A stretch of DNA of 64,000 bases from an uncultured Verrucomicrobiae bacterium (GTDB lineage: Bacteria; Verrucomicrobiota; Verrucomicrobiia; Palsa-1439): the NCBI GenBank assembly GCA_963812605.1, contig CAWEWF010000009.1, positions 32,926-96,925 on the forward strand, written 5' to 3'. Below are positions 60,483 to 64,000 of this stretch, in pieces; positions within the stretch are counted from its first letter, which is position 1, and each line of letters begins with the position of its first letter. Under the pieces are notes generated by a model. That model did not search any database and was not told where the DNA came from. It saw only the letters and a program-made list of their open reading frames with translations. The position numbers were made by a program, and so were the translations under genes.

Positions 60483-60936
60483 TCACGGCGCGTCAAGCCA
60501 CGCAATCAACTCATTGGCCTGGCCGCGGAACAGGACGCGGACGGCGACCCTGATTTCGTCGCGGTTTGCGAATTTTCGTTTCCAGCGCTGCTTCAACTTG
60601 CGGAGCCAGGGGAAACCCGGCTCGCTCGTGCGGTAGGACGTACTGGATTCGGCGATTCGCGACGGGCGATTGCCCGGCGAGTAATTTGCGCATTTGCTCC
60701 AGCGGGATGGCCTTTGACGTGAAGACTCCTGCGGGAAGCCCCAAACGGTAGGCGATTGACTCGATGCCCTTGGTGGAGGGCGTACGCTTGCCGGACGCGA
60801 AGTCGCTGACCGAACCCTGGCTAATGCCCAGTTGTTGCGCGGCTTCGGTCTGCGTCCAATTGGCGGCCGACAACAACATGCGAAAGTTGGCGGTGAAAAT
60901 CCTGCGTTTATCGGAATTTAATTTTTGGGTTGACAT
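60483..60936 (-). CDS. XRE/CI-like HTH repressor; probable frameshift near 60615
   Basis: WTQTEAAQQLGISQGSVSDFASGKRTPS; the alternative frame gives a plausible C-terminus (WLRKLKQRW...LIAWLDAP). Confidence 0.75.
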
Positions 60937-61374
60937 AGTATTAATTTTCGATATTTTGTACAGCATGCATCTATGTTCGTATTGCTATAGGTTCGTCCCG
61001 AAGGAAACCAAAACCTTGCCGCAAAGACAAGCTCGAAAATGCCAACCCCAGCTTTTTCCGCAGGCCCTTATCCCGGCGCCCCGTTCCCCAATCTCCACCA
61101 CACCCGATCGAGCCCCGCCGCAACCGCTTCTGCGGAGGCCGTGGCATATCGCCTGGCGGTGCGGCCGCGCCGGCCAGCCCAGGCCCCACGCTCGATCACC
61201 CGCCGTCCCGCCCCATGCCCGGCGACGGCCCACGGACCGCGCGCGTGGCCTCCTTCACGCCGCGGTCCCCTTTTCACGCCACCGCCCGGGCCATCAACGC
61301 AACCGCACGACACGAACCCGCAACATCCCCACCATGAATCACCCTCCGCCGCAGTCTCGATTTCGATTCCAGTG

Positions 61375-61728
61375 ATGAGCCACACCCGCCAGCCCGTGAA
61401 GCACCCGAAGATCCTCGCGCCCGCCCCCTCCGTCTTCCAACAACAATGGTTCGTCGAAATGATCCCCTCGCCGATCAACGGCGAAGTCCGCCTCCGCATG
61501 CACCGACCCGCCTCCTGGGTCCGCGTCGCCGAAGCCGCCACCCTCATCGCCTGCGGCATCCAAACCGTCCACAACCTCTGCGACGAAGGCCAGCTCCAAT
61601 GGCGCTGGCTCGACTACGAAGGCCCCGGCGGCAAAAAACTCGTCCTCGTCGATTCCGTCCAGCACTACCTCACCAAAAAACACCAACTCCCACCCGCCCG
61701 CCCCCCGCGCCGCCGCGTCGCCGGATGA
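61375..61728 (+). CDS. Excisionase/HTH_17-like DNA-binding protein
   Basis: WVRVAEAATLIACGIQTVHNLCDEGQL...LVLVDSVQHYL. Confidence 0.65.
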   Translation: MSHTRQPVKHPKILAPAPSVFQQQWFVEMIPSPINGEVRLRMHRPASWVRVAEAATLIACGIQTVHNLCDEGQLQWRWLDYEGPGGKKLVLVDSVQHYLTKKHQLPPARPPRRRVAG

Positions 61729-61761
61729 AAAAATCTTCCCGCTGCTGTGAAAAGGGGATAG

Positions 61762-61843
61762 GGGGTCAGGTCTCAACATCAGACAAACCGGTTGAAACGG
61801 CTGAAAAGTAAGGGATAAGGGGTCAGGTCTCAACATCAGACAA
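61762..61843 (+). repeat. Two direct copies of the 25-bp RAYT-associated repeat (57-bp period)
   Basis: GGGGTCAGGTCTCAACATCAGACAA at 61762..61786 and 61819..61843. Confidence 0.95.
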
Positions 61844-61848
61844 ATCAG

Positions 61849-61877
61849 TTGACACAAGCCGGGGGCGACGGTAGCGT
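61849..61877 (+). promoter_or_regulatory. Sigma-70 promoter of the RAYT gene (near-leaderless)
   Basis: TTGACA-N17-TAGCGT, ending 8 nt before the ATG. Confidence 0.6.
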
Positions 61878-61885
61878 CGCAGGTC

Positions 61886-62938
61886 ATGGCGCGACCCTTA
61901 CGCATCGAGGTGGCTGGCGGGTGGTATCACGTCACAGCGCGCGGCGATGAGCGGCGGGCGATTTTTCGAGACGATGCCGATCGGAAACACTGGCTGGCGT
62001 TGCTGGAGCAGTGGGTCGAGCGGTTTGCCCTGCAGGTGCACGCCTATGTCTTGATGGACAATCACTTTCATTTGCTCCTGGAGACACGCACAGCCAACCT
62101 GACGCAGGCCATGCAATGGTTGCAGGTCAGCTACACGGTGTGGTTCAACCGCCGGCATCGGCGCTCGGGTCATTTGTTTCAGGGACGCTACCAGGCCATT
62201 CTGCTGGAGGGAGAAGCCCTGGGCTGGGAATTGAGTCGCTACGTCCATCTGAATCCCATCCGCGTGAAGGCATTGGGACTGGACAAAGTCGCGCAGCGGC
62301 GCGCGCGGGCGGGCATGAACGGAAAACCGAATGCGACGCAAATCCGCGAGCGGATCGGGCGCTTGCGACAGTTTCGGTGGAGTTCCTATCGCGCCTACAC
62401 GGGCCTGGCCGACCGGCCGCAATGGTTAAGCATCCAAACGGTGCTGGCTTCCGGCGATGGCCGGGCCATGACCGCCCGTCGCCAACACTACCGGCAATAC
62501 GTGGAAGAAGCGGTCCGCGCGGGCTGGCCCGAAAGTCCGTGGGAACGCCTGGAGGCGCAGGTGCTGCTGGGAGGAGCCGAGTTCGTGCGCCGCATGAAGC
62601 GACAAGCGCAGGGCCACGCGCGGGAACAGCCGCAACTGAAACGCCTGCGAGCGCAGCCCGGGTTTGCGCGCATCGTGGCGGCGGTGGAGAGGGAGAAGGG
62701 CGAGAGTTGGAAGAGCTTTCGCGACCGACAAGGCGATTGGGGGCGGGACGTTGCGTTGTACCTGGGGCGACGGCGCGGCGGCATGCGCTTGCGCGAATTG
62801 GCCGAGGCCGCGGGCGGCATCGACTACGGCGGCGCGCAGATCGCCGTGCACCGTTTGGGGCGACGACTCGCGCACGACCCGAAACTGCGCCGTGTCGTCA
62901 GCCAACTGGAGGTCGAATTGTTTGATGTTGAGACCTGA
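61886..62938 (+). mobile_element. REP-associated tyrosine (HUH/Y1) transposase with C-terminal HTH-like extension
   Basis: MARPLRI...YHVTARG, AYVLMDNHFHLL (HUH), RSGHLFQGRY, YVHLNP, WSSYRAY; C-terminal LRELAEAAGG.DY. Confidence 0.92.
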
Positions 62939-62942
62939 CCCC
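62918..62942 (-). repeat. Inverted copy of the 25-bp repeat overlapping the RAYT stop codon
   Basis: TTGTTTGATGTTGAGACCTGACCCC (one mismatch). Confidence 0.92.
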
Positions 62943-62986
62943 ATTTCCTCGCCAAAACACTTGCCAAGGCCAAGGCTACGAATCCG

Positions 62987-63181
62987 TCACTGGTGGTCCT
63001 GATGGTCCATGTCGCCGCGGTGATCATCATCGTGATCACTATGCTGGTAGCGATCGTGATCGTAATCGTGCTCGTCACCGCGGTAATCGTCTCGACCGGT
63101 ATAGCATCCAGTCAGCAATGCCGTAACGGCACCCAACAAAACCATCACTTTCAAAGCCGACGATCCCAAATGTGGTTTCAT
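62987..63181 (-). CDS. Small His/Asp-rich lipoprotein
   Basis: Lipobox LLTGC, then RDDYRGDEHDYDHDRYQHSDHDDDHRGDMDHQDHQ. Confidence 0.7.
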   Translation of the reverse strand: MKPHLGSSALKVMVLLGAVTALLTGCYTGRDDYRGDEHDYDHDRYQHSDHDDDHRGDMDHQDHQ

Positions 63182-63311
63182 GCAGAAAAAAATAGCACCA
63201 AAACCCTCGGGAATGATATTGGCTGGGCCGCCGAATGTCGCCTAGGGACGTTTCCTACATCTGAATCGGATGTGCGCCGCGTTGCACCCGGAAAAGGGAC
63301 CGCAATGAAAT

Positions 63312-63336
63312 GGGGTCAGGTCTCAACATCAGACAA
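63312..63336 (+). repeat. Fourth local copy of the 25-bp repeat
   Basis: GGGGTCAGGTCTCAACATCAGACAA, exact. Confidence 0.95.
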
Positions 63337-63947
63337 ATGGATTACAAGGGCAAGGGTCAATTCGTTGCGGCGAATGTGGCGCACACTCTACTCATTATGA
63401 AAAACCGAACTAACCGCATCTCCAAAATTATTACTACGGGACAACGGGTAATGGGGCGCCAGCCCCTTTCTTTGACGATTGTTTCACAAATCTGACCCCA
63501 GCGCACTGCCCGAAAAATCGTCGCCGAAAAGTCTTGCACCCCTGATAGTCGCTGGCGTATAAGCTGAGTACCACCCCGTTTGTGGGGCCTCCATTTGGGC
63601 CGCAAATGCAGCAGCCAGTTTGAGTAACCTGATTTCGACTTGGAACTTTGACGAATATGGCCCACCAAACACAGAAACTCTGCGACGGCTGCCATCAGCG
63701 ACTTGGAGTTCACCGCGTCAGCTACGGACACTCGGGGCAGTCACGCCACTTATGCCTGGTATGTATCGACCAATTTCCTTCGCCGGAGGAACTGGTTCAT
63801 GCTTATGCGCGACATTCAGGGCCGGTCAAACGGACATATGGCTCCGCCAAGGCCGCCGTACCGGTCAGGAAGATGGGTCTGCGCCGATCCTCGAGTAGTA
63901 AGAAATAGCGGCAAAGCCCCCACGCGGCGGAGATGTGCTTGCCCATT

Positions 63948-63972
63948 GTAGCCGCGCGTCTGTGGAGCGCGT
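63948..63972 (+). repeat. Single GTAG-type REP
   Basis: GTAGCCGCGCGTCTGTGGAGCGCG. Confidence 0.45.
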
Positions 63973-64000
63973 GCCCGTTCATCTCGCCGGGAAATCTATT

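Noticed and set aside
61762-61843. 25-bp repeats with a 32-bp spacer as a mini CRISPR array
   Set aside because: Only two tandem copies; the spacer resembles the flanks (GGGATA before and GTTGA after each copy), indicating a tandem duplication; other copies are inverted or dispersed; no cas genes.
63337-63950. Short ORFs after the last repeat (63357..63731, 63620..63898, 63648..63908)
   Set aside because: No recognisable motif or consistent frame; may be decayed cargo but cannot be called.

Overview
GC-rich bacterial chromosome segment, probably Verrucomicrobiota or a related PVC lineage (inferred from PEP-CTERM proteins and an H-X9-DG protein). Many core genes (gltB, glnA, dapF) carry single-base frameshifts, most likely long-read assembly errors. 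It contains a nitrogen-assimilation region (gltB plus a divergent Lrp/AsnC regulator; porin-amt-PII; PP2C/kinase fusion; two APC permease paralogues; glnA). It also has a c-di-AMP riboswitch ahead of two KimA/YdaO-like transporters, a fluoride riboswitch ahead of crcB-DUF190, a SpoIVB-like peptidase/beta-propeller/ABC exporter operon, housekeeping genes (rplU, rpmA, trpD, pcm, lepB, rsmB, der, rpiB, dapF), an ECF sigma module, a TA pair and surface proteins. Main observations: (1) three sigma-54 promoters, each with the same 17-bp palindrome exactly 88 nt upstream, suggesting a nitrogen regulon with a non-canonical operator. (2) A RAYT/HUH transposase bracketed by 25-bp GGGGTCAGGTCTCAACATCAGACAA repeats next to a small lipoprotein gene, with a distant remnant of the same end beside another lipoprotein gene. 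(3) A perfect 72-bp GTAG-type REPIN inserted in frame inside dapF. (4) An apparently circularly permuted LecA/PA-IL-like domain. (5) An Amt whose ammonium-recruitment site is altered. All family calls come from motif recognition only; no searches were run.
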